A DNA stretch of 64,000 nucleotides from assembly GCF_038025025.1 (NCBI RefSeq), contig NW_027117343.1, forward strand, positions 1,922,001-1,986,000. The letters are read 5' to 3'. The position numbers were made by a program, and so were the translations under genes. The notes under the pieces were generated by a model, which was given only the letters and a program-made list of their open reading frames with translations, was not told where the DNA came from and searched no databases. Shown here piece by piece: positions 1 through 13,472 of the stretch (positions within the stretch are counted from its first letter, which is position 1; each line of letters starts with the position of its first letter). The stretch is from Phyllosticta citribraziliensis. Taxonomy: Eukaryota.

Positions 1-2414
1 CCTACCTTACTCACGGACGGACGGATGGACAGAGAAGAATTAATAGACGACGCGTATCTTAGCGTGCGTTGATGATGATGATGAAGTGAGCGGTGAGGGA
101 GTGCATGTGTGGGTAGAGTAGTCGGTAAGAGGCCGGCGCCGACGCGGGGAAATACGCATATAAATATATCGATGAGCGTCAATGCGTTTGGCCGAACGAG
201 GATCTGCTCTGAGGTGGATCGCGCGGACAGAAGAGGAGAAAATAGATGCGCATATGTGTGGCAGAAAATAGATGAAGGATCAATTGACGTCTGATGTCAG
301 CGCATGTGCAGACAGATAGACAGACATGCGTACATGAAGCATACATATGTTTCGTTTCGGTGCCATCTATGCGTGAAGGGATTGGTGTCAGCCACAGAGT
401 CTCGCGGAAGAGAAGAGTAACTATAGTAGATGGTGGTCAATCGGCTGTCGTTGCGGCCGCCGGCCCCTTGCATCGACACGCGCTTGCTCCCGGGCGAGGT
501 GGGTACATCAACCAAAGTACGGTACGGATGACGGGGTCCAATCCAATCTGCGGTGGCGCGCAAGACAGGATGCGCTAGCTGCCGTGGTGGTACGTAGGTG
601 CGGTTCAGACGGGTGGGCCTTTGCGGACGGCGCCGCCGCGAATTTACATACCGCCATTCTCTCGAAGGCGAGGTGGCTATCCTTTTTGATTGTGGCATCT
701 AGACAAGGCGGACGGAGCGTTTATGAAACAGGTGCTTCAGCGGCAGCCCAGCGTGTTTGGTGTTTGATGCGTGTGTGAGTGTTTCGCGAGCTGCAGCGGT
801 GGAGGATGCCGTTTCGAGGTCACCGCAGTCAGCAGAGGTGGTCATTTTCTCGCTCGTGAATCTGGTTTGGACATGGCGATGCTGCAGGCGGTGGTTTGCG
901 AGGCCCTGAGCGTGGAGCAAACGTGCTATTTGAAGACGTCTCCCTGTCGATGCATGCGTGATGGTTGATGGGTGCGGGAGGTTGCAGGCTTGGAGATTGC
1001 GGGGTGGCACTATCACCACATTAGCTACCATGGCGTCGGGGTCGAGGTGGACACGACAGGAGTGATGTTGTTTTTGGAGCGCACGCATCATCAATCGACA
1101 TGGCCCTGACAGCATGAAGCGGGGTTATGCAGAGGGGAAATTGGTCGTCAGTCGTGTCTTCGGCCTGGCCTGAGGTGAGAGTCGAGGAGACTGCGGTCGA
1201 GGTGACGAATCGGGCGCGAGTCAGGTTAGTCTGACGGCATGTCCAAAGGGGCTATTTTTGGGCCGAGATTCGCCAAAATGAGCCCCATGGGATCAGCAAA
1301 AGGGCCAAAATGGCCGGGGCTGTGTGCAGTGCAACCGCACCGACCTGACGCAGTGCAGTGACCTAGTGTTCTGCCCGCCCCCACGGCCATCCCACCCGTC
1401 CCCCCTTCCATCAACGCTTCTTCAATTGACCGCCTTCGCCGTCCGCCATCATCGACGCCAAGAAGCCTTTGCCCCGTTGGAGGATCGATATGCCTGTCCC
1501 ACGCCCGCTCTGCTTGTTCATTTTGTTCTCTTCAGCCGTGGCTGCGCTGGAGGGAATGGCGCCGCCTCTCTGATCAAACGCATCGGGTGACCGCCAAATG
1601 TCGGCTTCGGAGCCACCCTGCGCCATTTCTACGCCTCCGAGGCATGCAAGAGCTGTGAGAGTCGTGTCCCAACCGTCGTGTACCTGGAATGTCGAGCGCG
1701 GCGGCGCCGCCTTGAGGCGTGGGTCCCAAGTTGGTCAGAGTCCGTCACCCGTCAATGACACTGACTGACTGATGACGACTCGACACTGGATCCCAGGTAG
1801 GTAACCATTACCAAAGGGCACGCGTCGGCTGCCGAACCAAGAGGCCGTTTCATCCTCCGGGATGCCCATCCTTCGCGCAACCCAACGCTCTGCAGGCCAA
1901 CTGCTCGACAGCGCCGCAACCCCAGCGTCGATCTCGAAACCCATCTCTCATTTGTTCTGCCCAGGCACGCGCGACCAGGACGTCTGTCAAGCCGTGCGTG
2001 CAATGCCCGCCATTGCGGCGCTGCAAATGGAGCCCGGGGCTCTGGGTGAGCTTCAATGCGGCGCCAGCGTTGGCGACGCAACCTTCTACAGCTCCACCAC
2101 CTTTCTAAATCGGGCCTGTGCCCTCGCCCACCCTGGTCCATCGCAGTCTGACCTCACTCTCTGTGTGTGGACATGTGCCCAAGCTTCTGCTCTCGCAAGC
2201 CCTCTTTACCCGTAGCCGCCTCTCCAATCCTTTCAAATAATTTCCTGGAGTCCCTTCAGCCTTGCTGCTCAGCCCTTTTGTCATTGCTTGCTGGACAAAC
2301 TGTCCGTGGCGCCAGCCCCGTGAGTCGCACCACATATTCTCATAACAACCTGGCTCAGCTAGCCGAATCTACATATCCGCCCCAAGGTGCCTGCATATCG
2401 GACGTGGAGATTCA

Positions 2415-3654
2415 TGTCTTCTGGAATCATGTCTCCTTCAGAGTCACCCATGCCGCTTGCCACTCCGGCCAGAGTTCGTGAGGACGAAATCAACATGTAC
2501 AACTCCATGTGGCCTTCGAGCATGCTTGTACGTCTCTCAAACGTCCATCCGTCGCAACAACTGACTCAGCTTTCAGCACAACTTTTCCTACCAAGGTTCT
2601 CTCAATAACACGGGCGCCTTTTCCTCCATGCCCAATCAATCACTACCAACGTCGATGGCCATGGACTTTGCAACCACCACTGAGGACCTGGCAGCCTTCG
2701 CAAATGTCCTCGAGACGTACACTGACTGGATCCGCCCGTCAGCGAAAGCGCCAGAGCTTTCCATTGCCACTCACGATTTGCCGAGTCTTCCAAACAGCAG
2801 CCTTCCGGTTAGACCACGGAGCAGCCCCTGTGCCTTTAGTCCCGTCAGCCAAGGTGGTTCCAAGGCGTTTGATTGTTGGCCCTCGACCTTGGTACACGGA
2901 TTCTCCAGCTCAACCCAGGGAAACCTTTGCGCCCCAAGAAATCACCAGGTGCCATTCAGCCAGCCCACTGCGACCTCTTCTCAGAGCAGTACAGTCACTG
3001 CTACGCACTTTGCTGCGCCTGTACCCCTGCGGCCATATCCCTCGTCCAACGCGAACAACAACATGCCTATCAGAGGGGCTTCGAGGAGCAACTCGAGAGG
3101 AAAGGGAGCCTCCAAGCCAAACAAACCAAAAAAGTTGGGGGCCGGCATTGGGTCCATTAAACGTCAGACGCTCAAGCGAGCCGGTTCTTTCGGTCCAGGA
3201 CATTACAGGCAACCCAAGACGGAGGACGCGATTGCAAAGGAGAAAATGGCCAAGTTCCTGCTCGAGGTCAAGGTGGAAAACGACATCCCTTGGAAAGGTG
3301 TCCGAGAGGCGTTTCTCGCCAAGAGGGAGGAAGACTGCACGGTGGAACAGTTGCAGATGCGCTTCACCAGGTTCTGCCGAGACACGGGACTTTGGACTGA
3401 AGAGGACAACGACCTGCTCAAGCAAGGAAAGTACAACATGACAAAGTTTGCTATTATCAAGGAGAGGGTAAGCTGATCCCCTGTGGTCGTTCAAAGAGTC
3501 GGAGCTGACCCGAGACCAGATGCACGACACTCAGATTCTGTCCAAATTGGGCAACCCTTACGCCCCCCTTCCCCAAGTGCTGTCGGCGCATCCTCTTGAG
3601 AGGACCCCGTCGACAGAAGAAGTGCAATCCATGGCATGGCTGCGGAGCGAGTGA
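2415..3654 (+). CDS. Hypothetical protein with C-terminal Myb/SANT-like helical domain (3 exons; start uncertain)
   Basis: Intron GTACGT(2528)..ACTGAC..TTTCAG(2576) joins MSSGIMSPSESPMPL..SSML in frame to ORF 2628-3476. A second intron GTAAGC(~3468)..CTGAC..CAG leads to MHDTQ..RSE*. Segment IPWKGVREAF..TVEQLQMRFTRF..WTEEDNDLLKQ resembles fungal Myb-like DNA-binding domains. Confidence 0.55.
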
Positions 3655-6600
3655 GCTGGAACTCCTCGTAAAGTCATGACTACAACAGGGGTGCCGGCGC
3701 ACGCCTGATTTTCTTTCGGTTTCGGCTTTCTATCTCTCTCAATTTCGGTTTCGTCGATACCCTCCGTTTCCTACAATCGCTAGATGTTCGTCTCTTGACC
3801 GCTCGCTAAAAGTCTCGCATTCTCCTTTTCTCATCAATACCCTCGTTGGATACCCTGATGATCTTTCGACTGCTTGGTCGGTCATGGTTGTGGCATTTTG
3901 CTCTTTCGTAGTAGTTCTTTTGTCGCTGAATGGAGATATGTACGCCCTGAATGGCATCTCACTCGATCAGGGTTTGGTTATGAATTGCGGCGGGCAAATT
4001 GCATCGAGCTTTTACACTGGGTCTCGCTTTTTGGGAAGGTTTGCGCATATCCGGCGTTCAGCGCGCGCTGCGTTCATCATGGTGTGCTATCTTTAGACGC
4101 GGAAAGGGGGATATTGATGGGTGCGTCCGCGGTTGCACAGAGGGGGGCCACGAACGGCCACGGCCGTCTCAGCTCTACGACCTGGCAGCAGGGCGTGCAG
4201 CCCAGCCAGCAGCTCTCAGGGAGTCAGTCAATCAGTCAGTCCAAATTTCACCGCTGTCGCGCGCCTCTCAATTTGGAGACTGGGCCGTCCAACTTCTGGA
4301 ACCTGCCGCTTGGCTCTCTTTCATTTGCTCGTCGTCCTCTTTCGTCTGTTGTCTGTCTCGTCTTGCTTATGCCGATTGTGGCACTTGCGCTTTCCTTTTC
4401 TGCGCCGCAGAGGCTGGCCTGTTGACTTCTATCTGATTGCTCCTCCGTGTCGATAGCAGAGGTCCTGGATCGAGTTGGCTTGAGTGCGGACAGTGGCGGA
4501 GTGTTGGATGCCGGGCACATGGCAAGCCCAGCGCAACAAACGAGACTCCTTTCCTGCGCCATTCACAACAGCACCAGCAGCTTTGCCGCGCGGGAGATCC
4601 AAGGCTACTTGGCTCGATGCGGTGGCAGCGGCGCATGCCCATTCTCCCGCGCCCTGCTCGACTGCGTCTCGTCTCTGCGCCATGGAGCGAGCCGCGATCG
4701 CCATCCTTCTCGGGAGGATCAAGCACAGAGACACTGTCGCTGTTGCCACCGCCATGAATCCCAGCGGTAAGGAGAGCGTCCTCATTGACACTGCGGCCGT
4801 TGGGAGAGAGCTGCCTCGTGCCGTGAGCCGTGTTGGTGGGCATGAGCAAGCTGCTTGAAAGAGCCGCAGCCGGCCAAGGCCACGAGCGGCAAAGAGGCGC
4901 AGCTTGTCCATTATGACGATGGATTGCTGGTGAGGAATTCGGTCAGGTGCTGATTGCTGCCGCTATCTGCGGGCTTCGGTTCCGGCTCGTTGGCTTGGGA
5001 GGTGCAGCATGACTGGGATTGCGGTCTTCTCAGAAGCGTAGTCAATGGTTTCAGCGGCTGCAGAAATGCCGAACACTTCCTCATTGCTCAATCAAGCTAC
5101 GGCGTCTTGAGTTGGTCTGACCGTGGGCTGCAGAATCACCGCAAGCGCCTGGAATTGAATTGGTCAGTGACTCTACAGCCAGTCCGCTTGAGCGACTCGG
5201 CCACGATTCCAACTCGAGTCACTACCTTTGTTAGGTCTCTCAACTTCAAAGATAACTGTCAAGGCTTTCGTTTATCAAACCAACGACGACCAAGAACGAG
5301 TTGGGCAGGGGGAGGGCAGGGAGCGCAACGCTCCAATACGACCCTCCATCACTTGTCAAGCAAACATCAAGCGCACCTCCCAGAACCTTGCAGACATTGC
5401 GTCAAGCGACATCAGCAGAAGATGTCACGTCACAGCCAGCTGGAGCCGCTGGCCTGGTACCAAGGCAAACAGTTGCTGCGATCATGTCTGCTGCGCCGCC
5501 AGCCGCTGCCGCAACACAGACAGACGGACAGACGGCCTAAACAGACGCAGGGACTGACTGAATGACTCCTTCATCCTCCCGGCGCGCTGAGTCTAGCATC
5601 TAGATGCTTCGCCTGGTCCTGCCTGCGGCAATCGCTTCTGCGCCCCCTCGTCGAGAGGCGTAGGGTGCAAAGCAGGTACTAGAGGCGTGCGGCAAGTCTA
5701 CGCCTCAGCCTCAGCTTCAGCCTTGGGTCTGTCTTCGTGAGGATGTCGATTGACCCAGGCGCTCCCTTCTTGTCTTCACTTTATCCGTGCCATGCGTCGC
5801 GCTCATCTCGATCCTCGCTCTCCCACGCCGCAGTCTGTCAGTCTGGTCATCTTCCGTCATTCCTTAGCTAGCCGACGCGACAACCCCCCCTCCCCCTCCA
5901 AGAATTAGCCACTGAGGTAGCAAGTTTACACGCGGGACAACCTCTATCGAAGCGGAAAGCCTGACTCAAAGCGGTGCTGCCCGAAGTCGACGGGAAAATT
6001 TGCCTCTGCCTCGCTCACCCCCTGGCCACCCTCCACTACCACACCACACGACAACACTGTCAGTCATCAACGAATCCAGTACAAGCGCCTCAAGCCACTA
6101 TCACAGCACCCGTCTCACCACCACACCATCATGATCATCACTGCCCCTGCCCAACGGGACGAAGCGCCGTGCTCGCTCGCGACGAACGAGAAGATGGGGA
6201 GAAACCTCCTGGCCAGTCAGGATCCGAAGGGTAGCGGAGGTACGGTGCGGTGCGGTACCCACCACCCTCCATCAGCACCATCATGTCATATGCGCCTCGT
6301 GCAGCCAGCGGCGTAGACGCCGCCGCCTATCCTCCTCCTCCTCCTCCTTCTCCTGCCACTGACGCTGACGCTGACGCTGTAGCCGCGCGATCGAGCCAGC
6401 CGGCAAGGCACCTAGCTAGCTAGATAGCAGTGGAGCGGCCCTTTGCGGCACCGTCTCTTGTCTGCTCTCCCAACACCACCACGCTATGGCATGTCGCTCC
6501 CCACTCTTCCCTCGGGCTGTTGCCGCTCATCTTACTGTCAGCGGGAGGATGGATGGAGGATGTGCTTGCCTGCTCGCTCGCTCCCTGGAGCGCATCATCG

Positions 6601-7530
6601 TTGATGCGAGCAGGGTGAGGGCGAGGGCGCTCCCGTTGTCTAGTTTGGCTGTGCGGCAGAGATGCTATCCATGCCGTCTTGCTCTGCTGCTTACCAGCGC
6701 CGCTTGGCTGCATGTGCAATGGCTTCCTTTCTGCTCACCCAGGGCAGGGTGGGTAAGGTAGGTACCCGCCTGCAGGTTTTCGAGTTGCATTGCACTTCTC
6801 AACGCGAGCGTGCAACGGCGCCGCGCGGTGCGGTGCGGTGCGGTCCGTCTGCGCATGCGCCTGTCTCGAGGGCCGGTTGGAATTGGAACGACTGGTGTTA
6901 AAGCAAAGAGGAGGCGTCCCACAAGCCTCAATCGAGCAAGAGGCGCGCGGAGGCGTGGTGAATCTCAGACTTTGAGAGCTACACCTCGACTCGGGATGAG
7001 CCATCGAATCTCCGACTTCTCCGCCTGCTAGCTACCAAGGTAGAGCACTGGGCGAATCTCACGCCTCAGATGCGATGTAGCAAGCGACGACAGGGCAGGG
7101 CGCGGCAGTCCAATCTCGCCCTCTGCCTTGACGATACGCGTATGACGCATGACAAACGGAGCAAGCAAAAAGTGGAGAACGCGAGCATCGCTTGAGCCTC
7201 TTCTCCTTCACCTATCCCCAAAGCTCGTCTGCAACTCCGCCGCGTCGTGGTAGCGGCGGTGGTGGTCATGGAGGTCGTCGCGAGGCGCAGTGTGGCGTAG
7301 CGAGCGTGGCGTCGGCGAACGACTGGACGACATGCAGCGAGCTGGATGGCCGGTAGATGCGGGATTGCGGCGGCATTTGAGCCTCGTTCTCCTTGTTCTT
7401 CTGCCTGGTCTCAATTTCGCTGCTGCCGCGCCACAGCTGGCGTCGACAGAGAGGAAATGTCCTGGTGACGCTGTCGCATGTTGGGAGTATTCGTCCGCTG
7501 ACTTGTCCACCGCAATCACTGTTGCGCTTT

Positions 7531-7768
7531 GGGAGCAGCCGTCCGTTGTCGCGGCCGTGCTCAGGAAGTAGTCGGAGCAGCAGTCCGTTATCGCGGGCGT
7601 GCCCAGGGAGCATTCATCCATGTTGCGGTCGTGCCCAGGAAGCAGTCGTCCATTGTTGCGGTCGTGCCCAGGGAGCAGTCATTCGTTGTCGCGGTCAAAC
7701 TCAGGGAGCAGTCGGAGTAGTCATCCATTGTCGCTGTCACGCCCAAGGAGCAGTCGTCCGTCACTGCA
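7531..7768. repeat. Degenerate ~33-bp minisatellite, about 6-7 units
   Basis: Unit close to GCCCAGGGAGCAGTCGTCCATTGTTGCGGTCGT; GCCCAGG anchors at 7601, 7633 and 7666. The minus strand reads as (ATTDDCSLGTT)-like peptide repeats. Confidence 0.85.
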
Positions 7769-10700
7769 GATCATCTAGCTCAGTTCTCTTCAATAGCAGA
7801 TATCATCATGATGGATCGGCAAAGTTTTACACTGGCAAAAGCCGGTGCTGCTCTTCATCACTGTTACCGCAATGTTGCAGGCCCCCTCCTACTGATATTG
7901 CTGACGTCGCCACTGTGTTTTCCAGCGCAGCCAGCACCAGTCATCCCTTCCTTTTCGTACTCATCAACGAAGTGCGTGTCTCCAAAGTCGAGGCCGCTCC
8001 TCTGATATCGGTAGCTCGCAACTCCTTCCATGGCGAGAGCGTCGAGGGCGAAGTGGATGGCTTATGTATGAAAGAAGTGGCGCTCGGACCACAGGTGTGC
8101 GGGCATCTTCGGTGTCGCATGGTCGGAGGAGCAGCGTGATCATGTTGACTCACCGTGCTGTAATACATCTTCTCGAGGTATAAAGCGGCGCTTCTGTTCG
8201 CTGGCTGTTTCTTATCTTGTCAGTCACTCACAGACGCCTGTCTGTCCTTTGCAGATGAATGGACAAAGTATCTCAGATACTGGTTCTTCTGGCTTTGCTT
8301 CTTCCTGAATTAGATGGGTGGTCTCATTGATCTGAGTGGATAATAGAATCTCCTATTGGACACTGTCAATGATGATTGTGAGCTTTGTGCAGCCATGGAT
8401 GTCTACACCATAGAGTTCTAACAAATCAGTGAGCAGTCTTGCAGCACGTTTTCATCCTTCCCGGCTAATGATGCTTTCCACAGTATCTCCAGATGAAGAT
8501 GATCCTCGCTGCGTCATAGGTTTGAACGATGAAAACATTGTCCGCCCTCATCAATCATTGCTATCTCGTTGTTGGAACGCGTCGACGTCATAGATCGGGA
8601 TTGAGGGAAAGTCTCTTTTGGCGTGGGTCGTTGGCCGCCCTTGACTTTGTTTTGTTTGTGGTACTCTGCCTGCGTGTTCGAATGTATCGTGTCTGGGATC
8701 GCGAGAGGTTTCTTGGATATACTCGGAACTCCCTGTGCACTCAATTAGCGGTTTCAACTGCCGTGATTCAAGTCAGAGCGCTGCCCTTTTCTCTGACCCG
8801 GCGGCGGCGGGAGCCACTTGCTCAAATGAGACGACCCATGAAATGGAGAGCATGTTTGAGGTGACTGGCGAGGACACACGTGGCGGATTCGAGAAGTGTA
8901 TCAGCTCGACAAGAACACGGGCGAGCATCGACACCGCCCGCACCGCCGACATCACCACACGCGCCTACGCGCACCTTCCCATGCCTTCCACGCCTAACCA
9001 CTTCCACCGCGGGCGCAACAGGCGCTCGCTTATTCCGCTGCGCCAACGCAGATACACGTATAAAAGCCTCCCCGCCGCCCCCAAGACCTTTTCTCTCCAG
9101 TATTGTGTCCTCCCCTCCCCTCCCCTGCGTTGCTTTTTTGCCCCAGTTCTTGCGTTGCACCTTCCCACTCCCCCCTCCGAGTCAAGGATGCTCGTCAAAA
9201 TCCTGGGCGGGCGGGTACCCAGCGGTCGGCCTGCCTTCGGGCAGTGTTCCGAGCCTGGGGGTTCTTCAAAACAATTCTCATTGTTTTCTTTTGTTTGGTA
9301 TTGCGTGCTGTGAAGTTCTTCCGCGGCTTTTCCTGGTGATTGTGACCAGATGATGCATGGCTTGAGTGCACATGCCTGATGTGATGCCATCCGGGTACTT
9401 CGGTGTTGCAACAGTGAGAAGTGAAGCTAGGGCTTGCTGTACAGTATGTATCGGTATGCTCCAGGCCTTGGTGGCAGTTCTGGCGACATGTCCCAAAAAA
9501 TAGATGGACATGCAGCGGAAGACCTCCAAAGATTCAGCCGGCTTTCACGTCATCGAGATTTGGCATACCGCATCACTGCTCCGCCAGCACCAGATCATGG
9601 ACACTCTTTGAAGACGCGGCATAGTTCAGGTAGCCAGCTTCCCAGCTTTACGCCACAGCTGGCTTTTGTTTCTCCTCCGGCGTTGTCCTGGCATGAGACC
9701 CGGTGCCGAGCTTTTCGAACCCGCTTTTAGTAAAGAAGACAAACGGTCATCCCTAAATCCTTGTCTTTCTGGGCAGCTTCGTTGAGCTTCCTCCTCCACA
9801 CTGAGTTTACTGAATTCGTGGAAAAAAGCACCGTCGATGTCTCGCTGCTAGTCTACCTGTTGGACGACAACCATCTGTGCAGAGAGCACTTTCTGTGTCT
9901 GATCTCTGCCTTCGGAATCTTTCTTCGAAGCGACAAATACAGGAGTACTGTTTCCTCTCGAAAACATCGTTTCCGACGAGCAGCAACCCCCTATCATGAA
10001 AGGAATACAGATCAAAGATCAAAATTGATAAGCCCAGGCCAGTCGAGCACCATAATCTTGGTAGCAGGCGAGAAAATACCGGTGCAAAATGCGGAGAGGA
10101 TAGGAGCCGCACAAGAGCCAGGAAAAGTCGAATGGACCCAAAGATGAAGATCAAACCGATACGACCGAAGCCAAGTGACGAGGTCTTGAAAAGAAAAGAG
10201 ACGTGACACCCACAAAATTAGCATAAAATGTGATCCGAAAGACTGAACACCCTCAACGCGAAAGTGGCAAGAAGTGGCGTCAAATGGAGCCGCACAGCAC
10301 CGTCCCGACCTTTACAAGAGGTGACTACGGCCGAGTAAAACAAATCCGCATGGTAAAGCTGTCATCGCTCCAGGTAGGATGGTCTGCGTAGTGTTCCAAC
10401 GTTGGGCTAGTCAGCTGCTTTCGCCCACGTTGACCATGTGCGCATGCCGACCGACGGCCAGCCAACTGGACGAGCAGGCTGCTGTTTTGCTGCCACTCCT
10501 ACGGCCGCAGCCGTCGCCATGCTGCGGAGACTTGTGGTCTCAGGCAAAAACGAATCCGTGGCTGGTGGGGCAGTTGGTGGAATGCAAGAGTCGGTCGGGT
10601 TAGTTCCGCAGCGCTGGAATCGATCGAGCCGACGCACCAAGTGTCAGTAACGAGCACTTTAAATACTGCCGTCGACGAGTAACCTCATCTCCCTCTCCTA

Positions 10701-11320
10701 TCGCGCAACATCTGAATGGCCTCCAGCTTCGTCTCTTCGCGGGCGCGAATACTCCTATTTCTCTCCGCGCTCTTGGAACCATCGTTGCCCCGTCCGTCCA
10801 ATTTCCACCAAGGAACAGGAAGTAGGGTCCTCATTCCGTTGCTGGTTCCCACTCATGATTGGCACCCACGCCGCTACCGCGCAACATTGCCCCCCCCCCG
10901 AAAGCGCAAAATGTGGCGGCGAGCTGGGCTACGCCGGCTCCTTAGCCTACCGGAAAACCATCCCGTCACCATCCCCACGTCCTTGCCAGACGGCGCTCCT
11001 GATTGGACCCGTGGCGTGACATACTGGTCGAGATTGCGTTCCTGTTTCCTGGGAGGAGCTGTCGTCCTGTTCGCTGCCCCGGCCGGCCAGAAAGGGGATG
11101 CGGGTTTCTTTTCGATCGCCGGAGGCGCTGCAGATTCGTCTAGCGGGAACAACCAGCCGGCCGGCTGCCCGTAAACACGGGCGCTCGCTCGTCTTGCCGT
11201 CCTTTAAACTTGGTGTTTCCCTGAGCACAGCCTTGGAATCAACTTTTTTGCCCCTCCCCCTCGCACGCGCAACCCCTCATCCCCCATCCCGCGAGCTCTC
11301 TGCTACACTGCTGCAGCAAA

Positions 11321-13472
11321 ATGAAGCGCTTGATCGTGTGCTGCGATGGCACGTGGATCAGTTCCGACCACGGCGACGACAGCCTGCCGTCCAACGTGGC
11401 TCGCCTCGCGCGCATGATAGCACACGAGGGCGACGACGGCAACCGGAGACCCGTACAGCAAATCGTGCATTACCAAGCCGGCAACGCGACGAGCGCGAGC
11501 GAGCTGCTGACCCTGCCCGTCTTTTACATCTTGCCAGGTACCGACAGACCGAGAGGAAAAACTGCTTACCCTTGAAGATTGCGGCGCTGATGTCGCGAGT
11601 CCGCAGGCGTGACGAGTGCAACGCTGGAACCAAACGTCGCTGCTGCGTACCAGTTTATTGCCGCGAACTACTCCCCTGGCGACCCCCTTGCGAAGCCCCC
11701 TGTTCCGCCGGACGAGATCTTCATCTTTGGCTTCAGCCGTGGCGCGTACACTGCACGAACAGTCGCCGGGCTAATCACGAAGATGGGCCTCCTGCGCGGC
11801 GAGGAGCTGTCCCTATTTCCGCGAGCGTACGAGATTTATCGGAAAAAGGACACGACGGCCGTGAGCGTCGAGAACCATGGGTACGACAAGAGCAGACACG
11901 TATTGAAGAAACTTTGGACATGGGCGGGAGGGGTCAAGAATGTTGAGAGTGGACCGGAAGAAATTTGGCAGTTGCGCAACGCGATGCACGACGGCCCCGT
12001 CAAGGTGAAAGTGGTCGGAGTGTGGGATACCGTTGGCTCGAGAGGCCTTCCCGAGAGCTCCTTGACCAAGGTTGCGCCGTGCGTGAATGAAGAGTTCAAG
12101 TTTCACGACACGGCGTTGAATGAGAGTAAGTCGGACTCTTGGTTGATCAGTCGGACGGCTGAGGCGCGTTCAATCATCTGGACGGATTTGCTTGAGACAA
12201 GACTGACGAGTCCAAAACACAGACATTGAGCACGCTTTCCATGCTCTTGCACTGGACGAACACCGTGGATCTTTGCCGCCGACGCTTTGGCATTTGCCCA
12301 CTTCAAACGTTACCACTGACTTGAAACAATGCTGGTTCCCCGGATATCATAACAACGTTGGCGGCGGTACCAGTAAAGTCGACACTTGGACAGAGGATTC
12401 GACCGATATTGACGAGCTGAGCCTGGCGTGGATGTGCGATCAAGTGGATGGGATGCTTGCATTCAATGACCGCGCCGTTAAAAGATTCCTAGGGCGCAAA
12501 TGCGAGGCGAAGAGCAGCTGGGCAACTGGAAAAATTGTCGACACCACAACCATGGCGTCTCGTTGGCCCATGTCCGGAGGAGATGCTGTAAGGACACCAG
12601 GTGGCTACCATTACGAAAAGACGGAGGGGAGACTGATCCGTCGGCCTCGATTCCCTGTACCGTATGAGAAAGTCTCCAGCCCAAGCCACGACGACGTCAA
12701 CTTCCTCATCCAAGAGGCCACGGGGATGCCGGTGCTCTACAAGGGACAAAGCTTTCGCACAAACGAATCGATACATCCGTCTGTCATACATCGGACCACT
12801 GAAATGGACCATCCGCAGTTCGGGTACCGCTCAATCGCCTTTGGCGAAAGGATAGACTGGCCATATCTACGCCAATCGGCGCCAGAGTGGGAATGGAACG
12901 ATACCAAGACTGGAGATGGGGCGTTCTGGATGAGACCCACGGTTCCAAAGCTCAGTGGGTGGCTATGGACATATCCCATGGAAAAGGAAGTGAGAATCGA
13001 AGAGTGGGCGATTAAAGAGGTCAAAGGCCGAAACAACTTTGAAGCCAGGTTGCTTCCAAATGAAGCGATGCTTGATCAGTACACACGCAACAAGACCCGC
13101 TTGGAAACTTCAGAAGAAGACATAGAAGGGCTTTCGCAAGTGTATTGGACACGAGCAGGCCCACACGATCCCCAGATTTACAAGAGGAGGATAGCAGGTA
13201 CGGAGAAGCCCCCAAGACCTCTGAGCATGGGTGCAGCGTCGCCTGGAATCGAAAAGTACCTGGAGAGCAGGCCCAGGTCAAACACCATAGGAACTGGAAC
13301 GGAATCTGGCACGGTTGCTCGAGGACTCAACCGCACAAACAGTGCTCGGGAAAGAAGTACGCCGAGTCCGCTTCAGAAGAGACCCATGCATTCCAGGAAA
13401 CCGTCGATTCCGCTTGAGAAAGGCAAGTCTATGAATTCAACCGAGTCGAGTCGTGCCCGATCAGCTTCATGA
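11321..13472 (+). CDS. DUF2235 (Tle1-like alpha/beta hydrolase) family protein, 3 exons
   Basis: Motifs KRLIVCCDGTW, SNV, IFIFGFSRGAYTAR, VGVWDTVGS, HALALDEHR and QCWFPGYHNNVGGG. Introns ~11538-11606 and ~12126-12223 join the three ORF pieces in frame. Confidence 0.92.

Noticed and set aside
3700..11300. Many 60-250 aa ORFs and lone TATA boxes at ~8179 and ~9059
   Set aside because: No domains or convincing exon structure; possibly decayed or orphan genes, but not supportable.
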